Origin: Candidatus Gottesmanbacteria bacterium
GTDB taxonomy: Bacteria; Patescibacteriota; Microgenomatia; UBA10105; UBA927
NCBI GenBank assembly: GCA_963711735.1
Contig: CAVQFA010000005.1
Span: 7,525-71,524 of the forward strand
Direction of reading: 5' to 3'
Length of the DNA stretch: 64,000 nucleotides
Shown here: one piece after another, positions 10,056 to 19,947 of the stretch
How the letters are laid out: the number at the start of each line of letters is the position of its first letter
Numbering within the stretch: the stretch's first letter is position 1
Program-made: the position numbers and the translations under genes
Notes under the pieces: model-generated
Database searches by the model: none
Told to the model about the DNA's origin: nothing
What the model saw: only the letters and a program-made list of their open reading frames with translations

Positions 10056-11603
10056 GTGGGTATGTTCTTCAAAGCAAAACACATTGTTCCGGGAGTACTT
10101 GCTATAGTCTCTCTTGTCCTTCTCATTCTGTTTCTTTCCTGGCACTACCGGATAGGGATGGTCCGGTATTTCGATGCGGATGAGTACGCGCATATGCACT
10201 GGGCGGCAAAGATTCTGGAGGGTAAGCGTCCGTATATAGATTTCCTCACGTTTTTCACCCCCGTATTCCACTGGATCCTTTCTCCTGCATTTGCATCAGG
10301 TTGGGGGACGACGGAGCCCTTTATCAGTGCGCGTCTTATCATGTTTCTCATTTTTGTCGGAAGTGCGATGATGACGGGAGTTCTTGTATGGCAGATCCGG
10401 AAAAGCCTGTGGCAGGCAGTGCTTGCCGGTGCAATCCTTGCGTTTCTCCCTTTGCCGTTTGATAAGCTCCTGGAGATCCGTCCGGATACCCCCGCAACGC
10501 TCCTAATGCTCCTTGCCGTATCATTCCAAATCATATGGATGAAGACGGGTAAACGCAGCCTTTGCTTTATATCGGGTATATTCTGGTCACTTTCCGTCCT
10601 TATGCTCACGAAAATGCTCCCAAATATGGCAGTTGGGGCGTTGGTAGGCTTACTATATATAATAGGTAGGGAGAAAGGTGAGGAATACAGGAAAAAACAG
10701 GTTTTTCAGGAGATACTTGCCTACATAGGCGGAATGGCAATACCGGTTCTCCTTTTTGGTCTATGGACCCTTACCCTTGGTAATCTCCCGCTTGTGTGGT
10801 ACTCCCTGACGCTTCTTCCCGTTGAGGCAAATAAGATAAGCAGGTATTTCATTATGATGCCGGATCTTTTTTTCTATCCCAATGATATTTATTACGGAAC
10901 AAGCGGGTGGGGAAGAGAGATCCTCGTCAATCATACACTCTGGGTGATCGGGCTTCTTGTGGGTTTAATCAGGCTTGTCGCACCTTTACAGAATCCTCTC
11001 GGACGGAAAAACTGGCTGGCGGAACTCCTGGTAGCATCCCAGTGTTTTGTTCAGGTATTGTTCTATACCAAGATAGTACCTCTCAAGCACGCCCAATATT
11101 TAATTCCCATTGCACCGTTTATCGCAATATATACCGCTGATGCGCTTGGCATGGTATACCGGACAGCTGCCAAAAAAACTATCCTTCAGGGGATGTTTAT
11201 CGGAGTATTTCTCATCGGCGCGTATTTTTTGGTCCAGGTATTTTCAGCTGCACACAGCCGCAAGCTTGAGTGGACGAACACAGCCGATTTATCTGCCGTA
11301 GAAAAACTATACCGTACGATCCCCATGTCAGAACCGGTTTTAGACCTCGACGGACGGATGCTCTATAACCCGGATGGATATTATGCATGCTGCATCCCGT
11401 TCGGGCAGTTTGCCCACTTCCTCTCCCGTCCTTTACCGTCGTTACCTCAAGCGCTTGAAGACGGTCATGTCAAATACATAAACCAGGGAGGTTTAAAGCG
11501 CGTATCAACGCTCCCAATACCGGATCAGCAGTATATATACGGAGCGTACCGTTCCCTACACGGCGATGACACGTTTCTTGTCCGGAATGATATACCGGAA
11601 TAG
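10056..11603 (+). CDS. GT-C fold membrane glycosyltransferase (ArnT/PMT-like), paralog of 47380..48879.
   Basis: 515 aa, more than 10 TM. First-loop acidic motif YFDADEYAHMHW and a FTPVFHWILSP motif shared with 47380..48879 (FGDEMVHVQY / CTPILHWILVP). Confidence 0.6.
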   Translation: MGMFFKAKHIVPGVLAIVSLVLLILFLSWHYRIGMVRYFDADEYAHMHWAAKILEGKRPYIDFLTFFTPVFHWILSPAFASGWGTTEPFISARLIMFLIFVGSAMMTGVLVWQIRKSLWQAVLAGAILAFLPLPFDKLLEIRPDTPATLLMLLAVSFQIIWMKTGKRSLCFISGIFWSLSVLMLTKMLPNMAVGALVGLLYIIGREKGEEYRKKQVFQEILAYIGGMAIPVLLFGLWTLTLGNLPLVWYSLTLLPVEANKISRYFIMMPDLFFYPNDIYYGTSGWGREILVNHTLWVIGLLVGLIRLVAPLQNPLGRKNWLAELLVASQCFVQVLFYTKIVPLKHAQYLIPIAPFIAIYTADALGMVYRTAAKKTILQGMFIGVFLIGAYFLVQVFSAAHSRKLEWTNTADLSAVEKLYRTIPMSEPVLDLDGRMLYNPDGYYACCIPFGQFAHFLSRPLPSLPQALEDGHVKYINQGGLKRVSTLPIPDQQYIYGAYRSLHGDDTFLVRNDIPE

Positions 11604-11696
11604 TATAGATTAATTATATTCATCGAATATTCCCGAAATATTCAGAAATACTTAAGCGTAGTTGCAAAATTGTCCGGAAATGTATACTATACACAC

Positions 11697-11722
11697 GAAA
11701 CTCAGAATTGTATCTGAGTTTC
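11697..11722 (+). terminator. Hairpin GAAACTCAGA-attgta-TCTGAGTTTC (10-bp perfect stem) followed by TTGGTAT, about 95 nt after the GT-C gene. Candidate intrinsic terminator or regulatory hairpin.
   Basis: Inverted repeat read directly at 11697-11722. Confidence 0.3.
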
Positions 11723-11800
11723 TTGGTATATGCCCCTCTAATCAGCTTTTTCGCCCTGACGGGCTTCAAATCTGAGTAAGACGGGCATATAAACTCTATT

Positions 11801-12523
11801 ATGTCCAAAAAGCGGACTTCCCTTGATCTTACCCTCGTGTTACCGTGCTGGAATGAGGCACTTCTTCTCGTTGACAGTGTAGAGCGTATCCGCGAAGCGC
11901 TCGTCATATCGAGATTCCGTTGGGAGATCATATTTGTCGATGACAAAAGTTCCGACAGCACCGCAGCGCTTATAAAAGAGCTCGTGAAGAAAAACAAGAA
12001 CTACCGGGCGGTATTTCATAAAACAAATACAGGCAGGGGACAGACCGTGGCTGACGGGATACGTAAAAGCCGCGGTACGGTTGTCGGATATATGGATGTA
12101 GACTGCGAAGTATCACCCATCTACATACCGACAATAGTCAATATGATTTTGAAAGGCAAAGCGGATATGGTCCTTGGAAAACGGCTCTACAGAACAACGC
12201 TGTCATCTATCGTCCGCGAGCTGCTTTCTGCCGGTTACAGGGTAATGGCAGACAAAATGGTGTCAACCGGGGGTTTGGACACGGAGACAGGGTATAAGTT
12301 TTTTAACCGGAAAAAAATTGTACCCATTTTACGGTTTGCGAGGCATCCCCACTGGTTTTGGGATACGGAAATAGTAGTCTTTGCCAGGCGGGCGGGACTC
12401 CGGGTTGTTGAGGTACCGGTATTATTCCTCCGCAGGTTTGACAAGAAATCATCAGTAAATATGGTTGAAGATGTTGCGGATTATCTGCAAAATCTGTGGG
12501 CTCTGTGGCGCAGACTCCTCTGA
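11801..12523 (+). CDS. GT2 family glycosyltransferase.
   Basis: LTLVLPCWNEALLL...IIFVDDKSSDST and YMDVDCE acidic motif. 240 aa. Confidence 0.75.
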   Translation: MSKKRTSLDLTLVLPCWNEALLLVDSVERIREALVISRFRWEIIFVDDKSSDSTAALIKELVKKNKNYRAVFHKTNTGRGQTVADGIRKSRGTVVGYMDVDCEVSPIYIPTIVNMILKGKADMVLGKRLYRTTLSSIVRELLSAGYRVMADKMVSTGGLDTETGYKFFNRKKIVPILRFARHPHWFWDTEIVVFARRAGLRVVEVPVLFLRRFDKKSSVNMVEDVADYLQNLWALWRRLL

Positions 12524-12564
12524 ACACGTTTCTTCATTGTCAAGGGAATCCCGTACGCGGTAGA

Positions 12565-13320
12565 ATGGTTTCTATGTCGAAGACATATAGCGTATCTCTT
12601 TATGAAAGCATAAATAAAGTCGAACGGACACATTTTTGGTTTCAATCCCGCGACAGAGCGCTCCGTATGCTTATTAAACGGTATATTCCCAAACCGTCAG
12701 GAAAGTCATTCCTCGAGGTCGGGTGCGGAACAGGAGTCGTTATACGGACGCTTGAGGATATGGGTTTTACAACTACCGGTCTTGACGTCAACGCAAAAGC
12801 TTTAGCCTTTGCGAAAATAGGAACACACGCAAAGTTTATCCGACAATCTTTCCATTCTCTTATTCATACGGGAAAATATCATGCACTCGGCATGTTTGAT
12901 GTTCTTGAGCACCAGAAAGATGACCAGGCATTTTTAAGGAAAGCAAATACGCTTCTTAGGCCCGGTGGGTATCTATTCATCACCGTGCCGGCTCTCCACT
13001 CACTCTGGAACGATGCAGATACGCTTGCCGGCCACCAAAGACGGTATACCCAAGACGGAATCATCCGAAAGGTCGAACATGCCGGATTTACCGTGAAATT
13101 TGTCAACTACTGGCAATTTGTACTGTTACCGCTTTATATTCTTTTCAGAGCGTATTGGCAGATGAAGCCTGACCGCGACATGGATATGTTTTTACATACC
13201 CCGGCAGAACCCGTCAATACGATCCTGCATTCACTTCTATACATAGAAAGGTTTTTTCTTTTCCGTATCCGGATACCAATCGGGTCATCGCTTATCCTTG
13301 CGGCAGAAAAAAGAGCGTAG
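12565..13320 (+). CDS. Class I SAM-dependent methyltransferase.
   Basis: Motif I FLEVGCGTGVV. ORF 12496..13320; the start is placed at the internal Met to avoid overlap with the upstream GT2. Confidence 0.75.
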   Translation: MVSMSKTYSVSLYESINKVERTHFWFQSRDRALRMLIKRYIPKPSGKSFLEVGCGTGVVIRTLEDMGFTTTGLDVNAKALAFAKIGTHAKFIRQSFHSLIHTGKYHALGMFDVLEHQKDDQAFLRKANTLLRPGGYLFITVPALHSLWNDADTLAGHQRRYTQDGIIRKVEHAGFTVKFVNYWQFVLLPLYILFRAYWQMKPDRDMDMFLHTPAEPVNTILHSLLYIERFFLFRIRIPIGSSLILAAEKRA

Positions 13321-13360
13321 TTGATACTTTTTTTCGAAAATGTGATATAAGAGAGAGGCT

Positions 13361-13897
13361 ATGAAGGCATTGAAGGCTATAGGTGTGAAAAAAGCATTTG
13401 CATTCGTTTGGTATGCGCTGCTCGGCAAAATTTTACACTGTGTGATTTTGCCTCAAGTCAGGGTGATTCTCATACGTCTTGCGGGAGGCAGAGTCGGATC
13501 AGACACTATTATCGGCAATGTAACATTTGCCAATCTGTACCACTATGGTTTTTCGAGATTAACCATCGGCAACCGCGTGTTTGTCGGTGATGAGGCAATG
13601 CTCGATGTCCGCGGAGGGATAACGCTCGAGGATGACGTGACTGTTTCCAACCGTACGTCCATCGTGTCGCACATAAACGTAGGATACGCCGATCATCCCG
13701 TCCAGAAGCACTATCCGACGAAAGAATCACCCGTTATTCTCAAAAAAGGAGCGTACATAGGAACCGCGGCCATAATCCTTCCGGGCGTAACCGTCGGGCG
13801 GGAGTCTGTCGTCGGGGCAGGAGCAGTTGTTACCCGTGACGTGCCGGAGAGAGTCGTTGTAGGAGGTGTACCGGCAAGGAAGATTAAAAAACTGTAA
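13361..13897 (+). CDS. Left-handed beta-helix (hexapeptide-repeat) acyl/acetyltransferase, sugar N- or O-acetyltransferase-like (PglD/WbpD-type).
   Basis: Hexapeptide repeats IGNRVFVGDEAMLDVRGGITLEDDVTVSNRTSIVSH...IGTAAIILPGVTVGRESVVGAGAVVTRDVPERVVVGGVPARKI. Confidence 0.82.
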   Translation: MKALKAIGVKKAFAFVWYALLGKILHCVILPQVRVILIRLAGGRVGSDTIIGNVTFANLYHYGFSRLTIGNRVFVGDEAMLDVRGGITLEDDVTVSNRTSIVSHINVGYADHPVQKHYPTKESPVILKKGAYIGTAAIILPGVTVGRESVVGAGAVVTRDVPERVVVGGVPARKIKKL

Positions 13898-13898
13898 T

Positions 13899-15041
13899 AT
13901 GATGCACATACCACTCACAAAACCATATTGGGGCCCTAAAGAAGAGAAGGCGGCTGTCCGGGCAATCCGGCAAACTTCAGGATCAGGTGACGGCCCGAAT
14001 ACCGCTAAAGCCGAGGCTCTCCTTCAAACGCTCACCGGTGCCGGGTATGCCATGCTCACGACATCCTGTACGCACGGGATGGAACTTGCTCTTGCAGCAC
14101 TTGTCATGAACGGAAAGTTGAAAACAGGAGATGAGGTTATCGTACCGAGCTATACCATGAGCTCGACTGCAAACGCCGCACTTCTATCCGGTGCAAAAGT
14201 CGTTTTTGCAGATATAGATCCCGTATTTTTCAATATAGATCCGGAGGATATCAAAAGGAAAATCACCAATAAAACACGCGGAATCATGATTGTCCATTAC
14301 GCAGGCATGCCATGCAGAATGGACGAGATCATGGAAATTGCCCGCCGGCACCACCTATGGGTTGTTGAGGATGCAGCGCATGCAATTGGGGCGTCATATA
14401 AAGATAAACCACTCGGGACATTCGGAGATATCGGCGTATATTCATTCCACGGGACCAAAAACGTAAGCTGCGGAGAGGGAGGAGCTGTTCTCACAAACAG
14501 TAAAGAACTTGCAGTCAGCATGGAAATATACCGGGCAAACGGTACCAACAGGAAGCAATTTTTAGAGGGTGTTATTGATAAATATAGTTGGGTCGGTAAA
14601 GGTAGTAGTTTTTTCTTATCTGATATACTTGCATCTATTCTATATGAACAACTAAAACAAATTACTACAATCAATACCAAAAGACAACAAATATCATCAT
14701 CTTTTACAAAATCGCTATCAAACTATTCAGACCTTATAGTACTTCCGTCAATTCCGAAATTTACCAAACCGAATTGGCATATTTACGCGATACGGTTTCG
14801 AAACCCCCAACATAAACGGATCTTTATGGCTCAAATGAGAAAGAAGGGTATCCAAGTAGTGTCTCACTATGTCCCACTCCATAGTGCGCCGATGGGAAAG
14901 ACCATATGGAAAGGGGAACTCCCGGTGACTGATGCAGTTGCCAATACACTTGCGCGGTTGCCTATCTATCCCGATTTAAATTTGAAAGAACGACGGTATA
15001 TAATATCTTCTGCCCAAAAAATATTGAAAAAACTGAGATAA
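13899..15041 (+). CDS. DegT/DnrJ/EryC1-family PLP-dependent sugar aminotransferase, second copy (WecE/ArnB/PglE-like).
   Basis: HIPLTKPYWGPKEE N-terminus, HLWVVEDAAHAIGASYKDKPLGTFGDIGVYSFHGTKNVSCGEGGAVLTN. ORF 13866..15041. Confidence 0.88.
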   Translation: MMHIPLTKPYWGPKEEKAAVRAIRQTSGSGDGPNTAKAEALLQTLTGAGYAMLTTSCTHGMELALAALVMNGKLKTGDEVIVPSYTMSSTANAALLSGAKVVFADIDPVFFNIDPEDIKRKITNKTRGIMIVHYAGMPCRMDEIMEIARRHHLWVVEDAAHAIGASYKDKPLGTFGDIGVYSFHGTKNVSCGEGGAVLTNSKELAVSMEIYRANGTNRKQFLEGVIDKYSWVGKGSSFFLSDILASILYEQLKQITTINTKRQQISSSFTKSLSNYSDLIVLPSIPKFTKPNWHIYAIRFRNPQHKRIFMAQMRKKGIQVVSHYVPLHSAPMGKTIWKGELPVTDAVANTLARLPIYPDLNLKERRYIISSAQKILKKLR

Positions 15042-15104
15042 GCGGGGAACCCTTTTTTCAATATCATTTCTGTATATAGAAAATACAATCAGCATTATTA
15101 TCAT

Positions 15105-16202
15105 ATGAAACCATATCTTTCTATAATCATTCCATATCATAATAGCGAAGATACAATCGGAAGGCTTGTGGAGTCGATATACCTCTCTCATAATGCACCG
15201 CTTTACGAAATCATCATCGTTGATGACGGATCAAGGAAGCAGCTCACGACTGACGGACCTTCACGAACAGACACAAGTTCACCCCTGATAGTCAGAAAAA
15301 ATCTGAAGAAACTGAATAAAAGATTAAAAATTATCCGGTTCAAAGTAAATAAAGGACCGGCTGCAGCCAGAAATAAGGGCGCAAAGCTTGCGCGCGGGAA
15401 GTTTCTCGTATTCCTCGACAGCGATGTAGAGCTTTTTCCTGATACGCTCCATAACCTCGCCCGTATCTATGAGGATGATCCGGATGTTGTGGCGCTGACA
15501 GGAGTCTGGGTAAAGGAACAGCATACGGATGCGTTTTTCCCTAATTTCAAAGCGCTTCGGGATTGGAGCTACTGGATAAACGAACGGGACAAAAGCGGGT
15601 ACTATTTCCTCTTTTCCACGCGTATCGCATCGATTAAAAAATCCGTATTTCTCAGGCTTGGCGGTTTTGATGAAATGTACCCCGGTGCGCTTGTGGAGGA
15701 TATTGAGCTTACGTACAGAATAGCCCGCCGGTATGCAATTATATTCGCTCCCGATGTACGGGTACGCCATGAATTTGAAAATTTTTGGCCGATTGCAAAA
15801 AAGTATTTCCTCCGCGCATATTATTGGACGAAACTGTACGAAAGACGCAAGAAATTTGATCCTGTTGCAACGACGCTCCAGGAAGCTATAACGGCGATAA
15901 GCGGAGTCGGCGTACTCGGGATTTTTGCTGTAGCTATCATCGCCGGTGCTTTCGGATACTGGATAGAAATGATTTCCGCGTCTCCTCTGGTTCCGCTTAT
16001 TCTGAAATGGCTCAATATTGCTCTTGCTGTGAGTTGGATTGTCACACTTATCATTCACACGCTCCTCGTGAGGACATTTCTCCTGTTTATGTATAAGGAA
16101 AAAGGACTGGCATTTGCGCTTCGGGGTTTTGGTACGGGACTCATCCTTTATGCGTTTATTGCGTCGGGGGCGTTGTGGGGGAAGGTGAAGAGATCTCCGT
16201 AG
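15105..16202 (+). CDS. GT2 family glycosyltransferase with C-terminal transmembrane helices.
   Basis: LSIIIPYHNSEDTIGRLVESI...IIIVDDGS, DSD motif FLDSDVE, and 3-4 C-terminal TM helices. 365 aa. Confidence 0.75.
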   Translation: MKPYLSIIIPYHNSEDTIGRLVESIYLSHNAPLYEIIIVDDGSRKQLTTDGPSRTDTSSPLIVRKNLKKLNKRLKIIRFKVNKGPAAARNKGAKLARGKFLVFLDSDVELFPDTLHNLARIYEDDPDVVALTGVWVKEQHTDAFFPNFKALRDWSYWINERDKSGYYFLFSTRIASIKKSVFLRLGGFDEMYPGALVEDIELTYRIARRYAIIFAPDVRVRHEFENFWPIAKKYFLRAYYWTKLYERRKKFDPVATTLQEAITAISGVGVLGIFAVAIIAGAFGYWIEMISASPLVPLILKWLNIALAVSWIVTLIIHTLLVRTFLLFMYKEKGLAFALRGFGTGLILYAFIASGALWGKVKRSP

Positions 16203-18210
16203 GTTGGGTTTGCGTCTCCATTGAAGGGCTTGCCGATGAGGGTAGTTCGAGTTTCGGTTTAATAATAGGTGTTGCTTCTCCGGACAACGGGGATAAAGGT
16301 TCTGCAAATTGTGACGTCCCGCTTTTCATATCGTTCACCGCCTTTTGCTCGTCTGCAGGCAGCGTTTTCATCACCGCATCCAACTGTGTCTGTACTCCCT
16401 GTCTGTCACCGGATGAGTCTTCGGGGAGAAGAAGCAATGTCTGTTTCAGGGATACCGCTTCTTTCAGAGGAATTTTCAGCTGCCTCCAAACATACGCGAG
16501 GTTATAATGGATATTGGGAAGATCCGGTTTGAGAAGCGCTGCAGTTTCAAGCTCGCGTGCGGCGGTTGTAAAATTTTGCTGGTTGATATAAATGCCTGCA
16601 AGCTCCATCCGAAGAAGCGGGTTTGTCGGATCCCGTTGAATAGCCTGTTGGTATGCTGCTACTGCCCACCCATCTGCACCGGTGACGATTGTCATGATGC
16701 TTCTGTAGAGACGTGCGAGTGTTTCCCAACCCGAAACATTTAAAGGGTTGAGGTTTGTGGCAATTTTTACTTCGCGGATTGCCTGTTGGAGGAGCTGCGA
16801 TATGAGCTTTCTGTCATCCTCCGTCAAAGCAGCACTAGGAGACCCTGATTTATTGGCGTTTGCCGCAAGTGCTTCTGAAAGTGCGTAATTCGTTTGGCTG
16901 TATGTGAGATGGTAGGCAGACATCATCGGATTAAGCTGAAGCGCACGGATTTGGAGATTATACGTTTTCGTACCGTCTTTCGCCTGCAGGGCCTTTAATG
17001 ATTGGTAATAGGTGAGCTCTCCTATATAGTAGCGGAGAGTGAAATATCCGCCGATACCGACAACAACAAGCCCCAGAATTCCTACTGCGAAAGACACCCA
17101 ACCGATGTGTTCAGGGATGGCACCGTCTGCTTTAATTATTTTTGAGTGCTTTTTCAGAAGAAGAATAATTGCCAGAAGCGAAAAAAGCGCAATATGGATA
17201 GGAACGAGGATGAGAGCCAGCGCAGTCATGCAAATAACGACACGCATGGCGACAGTTTCCTTCATAATCCCGCGGAAAAGAATGAATCCGACTATGGCAA
17301 GTGCAGCCAACCCCACGATACCTTCCGTTGTCCCTATATGAAAAAGCGTGTTTGCGCTTGTGGTAAAACGTATATTCCATATCGGTGAGAGGTTCATAGA
17401 TGCAGGCCGGGCGGCTGTAAATGCAGGGAGGAAATTTTCGATGCCTACACCGGTGAGGGCATATACGGGATTTTTGAACATTTCAAGCATTATTGACCAC
17501 GATACGCCGTACGGTAAGTGGATCGACGAAAATTTCGGGAGTATGTGCCAGATGAGAGACGGCAATGCAACTCCCATGATGGCAACTGATACGGCGCTAA
17601 ACGCAATACCAGCTTCTTTTTTTTCTTTTATTGAGCTGAGACATTCATCAATTGCCAGCGGAAAAAGAATTGCAAGAACGGCAAGTGTCACGAGGGATGA
17701 TCCGACCGGAGACCAGATAGGATCGGATAAAAATGTAATATCCGGAAACATGAGCTTCGCTATGCCAAACGAAGTATAAATAGCGGAAAGAGCCAGTATT
17801 GACCCGAGTCCTATTGATGCCCATTTGAGGATTGACCGCATTTTTTCTGATGAAAAATCCGTAAGAAGGAGCATGACCGCAATAGCTATAAGAGGAATTG
17901 GTCCGACAGTATATGTGAGTGCTTCCCATTTATTTGTTGATGAGACAATGACGCTCAAAACACCGGCTCCTGCAAGAAGTACAATTGCGAGAAGTGCTGA
18001 CGGAAATGTCAGAGTAACCATGCGTGTTATCGCAGACCGTATCGACCAGAGGATGAGAACAAAAAGAGAGCAAATCACAAATAATACACCCTTATTCGTA
18101 TCGTAGAAGTTTTGTGTGACCGGGAGAAACCAAAGAACTCCAATTGTGAGTGCGGCAATAACAATACATTGATTTATCCGGGATAACGCAGAATAGACGC
18201 GTTCGCGCAT
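16156..18210 (-). CDS. O-antigen ligase (Wzy_C) family polytopic membrane protein with a C-terminal TPR domain and a PT-rich tail. Candidate protein O-oligosaccharyltransferase (PglL/TfpO-like).
   Basis: About 12 TM. The loop GVGIENFLPAF...NTLFHIGTTEGIVGL carries a conserved His, as in WaaL/PglL. TPR-like helices follow (YQQAIQRDPTNPLLRMELAGIYINQQNFTTAARELETAALLKPDLPNIHYNLAYV). The tail is TQTQPTEISSPSPTTPPTQ. Divergent from the pilin genes. Confidence 0.6.
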   Translation of the reverse strand: MRERVYSALSRINQCIVIAALTIGVLWFLPVTQNFYDTNKGVLFVICSLFVLILWSIRSAITRMVTLTFPSALLAIVLLAGAGVLSVIVSSTNKWEALTYTVGPIPLIAIAVMLLLTDFSSEKMRSILKWASIGLGSILALSAIYTSFGIAKLMFPDITFLSDPIWSPVGSSLVTLAVLAILFPLAIDECLSSIKEKKEAGIAFSAVSVAIMGVALPSLIWHILPKFSSIHLPYGVSWSIMLEMFKNPVYALTGVGIENFLPAFTAARPASMNLSPIWNIRFTTSANTLFHIGTTEGIVGLAALAIVGFILFRGIMKETVAMRVVICMTALALILVPIHIALFSLLAIILLLKKHSKIIKADGAIPEHIGWVSFAVGILGLVVVGIGGYFTLRYYIGELTYYQSLKALQAKDGTKTYNLQIRALQLNPMMSAYHLTYSQTNYALSEALAANANKSGSPSAALTEDDRKLISQLLQQAIREVKIATNLNPLNVSGWETLARLYRSIMTIVTGADGWAVAAYQQAIQRDPTNPLLRMELAGIYINQQNFTTAARELETAALLKPDLPNIHYNLAYVWRQLKIPLKEAVSLKQTLLLLPEDSSGDRQGVQTQLDAVMKTLPADEQKAVNDMKSGTSQFAEPLSPLSGEATPIIKPKLELPSSASPSMETQTQPTEISSPSPTTPPTQ

Positions 18211-18299
18211 AGTGATCCTATCATACCCAAGTGCATGTTGAGTGTAAAGATATCATGTATATTGCATTTTATTCCGTGTGTTGACATACTGGATTTGAT

Positions 18300-19130
18300 A
18301 TGGAGAAAAATAAGGTATTCCGGTACGGATTTACCATCGTAGAACTTCTCATCGTTATCGCGATTCTCGTCATAGTTGTGGTTCTCGTTTTCACTGTTGG
18401 CATCAAACAATGGAGAAAAACGTTCGATACGAAGAGGAAAATGGATCTGGCAAAAATCCGTATAGCGTTTGAAAGCTTTTATGCTGACTACCAGTCGTAT
18501 CCGGATGAAAGCTATCTGACTCAATGCGGATCGACCGTATTGGACCCGTATGGGCTTAAAACTATACCGTGTGATCCGCAGACTAAACAATCATATTACC
18601 TTTATCCATCACCTGAAGGACTGACAAGCGGATACGTCGTTTATGCAGCACTTTCCAATACAGATGATCCTGACGTAGAGCGTTTAGGATGCAGCACACC
18701 ATGGGGATGCGGAATTCCCGGAAGTCCGGAATATAACTACGGTGTGGCGGCAAATATGTCAGTATACCTCGGAGAACCCACTGAAGGACCCGGAGATTTA
18801 CTGATACCGACTCCGAAATTCGGAGAACCGACATGGACACCCAAGCCGATACGGAAAACGCTTCCGCCCCGTCCAACAACCAGACCGACATGGGGGGGTG
18901 TACCTTTCCCGACCGTAACACCGGGAGGAGGAGGAAGCGGACCATGGCCTACAAATCCACCTGCACCGACGAATACGTCTGCTCCGGTTCCGACGGCAAC
19001 ACCGAAACCACCGACTTCAACACCCAAACCACCGACGCCGACGTCGCCGTGGATGCCCGGACCAAAGCCCACATATACACCGACACCGACGTCAAGTTCG
19101 CGTATAGGACCAGGACCGGGGGTAAATTAA
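18300..19130 (+). CDS. Type IV pilin-like protein (class III signal peptide) with a Pro/Thr-rich C-terminal tail.
   Basis: MEKNKVFRYG|FTIVELLIVIAILVIVVVLV prepilin leader, Glu at +5. FESFYADYQSYPDESY motif shared with the next two genes. Tail PPAPTNTSAPVPTATPKPPTSTPKPPTPTSPWMPGPKPTYTPTPTSS. Confidence 0.85.
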   Translation: MEKNKVFRYGFTIVELLIVIAILVIVVVLVFTVGIKQWRKTFDTKRKMDLAKIRIAFESFYADYQSYPDESYLTQCGSTVLDPYGLKTIPCDPQTKQSYYLYPSPEGLTSGYVVYAALSNTDDPDVERLGCSTPWGCGIPGSPEYNYGVAANMSVYLGEPTEGPGDLLIPTPKFGEPTWTPKPIRKTLPPRPTTRPTWGGVPFPTVTPGGGGSGPWPTNPPAPTNTSAPVPTATPKPPTSTPKPPTPTSPWMPGPKPTYTPTPTSSSRIGPGPGVN

Positions 19131-19170
19131 TTGTGGATTTATTTTTTTAATGGTGTATAGTAAATAGTAT

Positions 19171-19941
19171 ATGAACAAAAAACATTATTTTGTAACTGTA
19201 TCTTCAAATAAAATAGGATTTACCCTCATAGAACTTCTCGTATCCATAGCAATTATCGGGATCCTTGCCACAATGGTTGTTTTGAATATAATGGGATCAA
19301 TGCGGCGCGGCAGAGATGCAAAACGAAAAAGCGACCTCGCGCAAGTATCCAAGTCACTTGAGATGTACTACAACGACATGGGCCAGTATCCGCTCTCCGA
19401 CGGAGCAGGACAGATACTCGGATGCGGCGCTACCCGCACGGATGCATGTATGTGGGGAACAAGCGTTTTCGGTGATGAACCGTCAGGTATCGTTTACATG
19501 ATAAAACTTCCTACAGATCCGAAATCCAATGAACAATATTTTTATGAAAGCGCTGACGGAACATACTATAGAGTTTTTGCACACTTGGAGAATACCGGTG
19601 ACCCGAATTATAACGGTAACGGATATGTTGGGTCCAATTGCGGAACAACAGAAGGAGGAGGACCTTTTGAAGAAACTATAGATTGTACATATGGAGTAGC
19701 TAGCCCGAATGTTGTGTTGGAAACAGCTGAAATTCCTCCGAGTGAGCCGACAAATACACCCCCTTCGGGTCCCGGTCCGGCACCGACAAATACACCCCCT
19801 TCGGGTCCCGGTCCGGCACCGACAAATACACCCCCTTCGGGTCCCGGTCCGGTACCGACAAATACACCGTTTATGCCCGGACCACAACCGACAGCAACAC
19901 CTGCAACAAAACCACCGACACCGACGGTCTCGCCTATATAA
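19171..19941 (+). CDS. Type IV pilin-like protein with a tandem PSGPGPAPTNTP repeat tail.
   Basis: KIG|FTLIELLVSIAIIGILA leader, LEMYYNDMGQYPLSDG motif. Three 36-bp DNA repeats at 19749-19856 encode EPTNTPPSGPGPAPTNTPPSGPGPAPTNTPPSGPGPVPTNTP. Confidence 0.85.
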   Translation: MNKKHYFVTVSSNKIGFTLIELLVSIAIIGILATMVVLNIMGSMRRGRDAKRKSDLAQVSKSLEMYYNDMGQYPLSDGAGQILGCGATRTDACMWGTSVFGDEPSGIVYMIKLPTDPKSNEQYFYESADGTYYRVFAHLENTGDPNYNGNGYVGSNCGTTEGGGPFEETIDCTYGVASPNVVLETAEIPPSEPTNTPPSGPGPAPTNTPPSGPGPAPTNTPPSGPGPVPTNTPFMPGPQPTATPATKPPTPTVSPI

Positions 19942-19947
19942 TGCATT

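Noticed and set aside
15324-16307. 327-aa minus-strand ORF opposite the GT2 gene 15105..16202.
   Set aside because: Entirely antisense to a GT2 gene with clear motifs. Basic, low-complexity translation.
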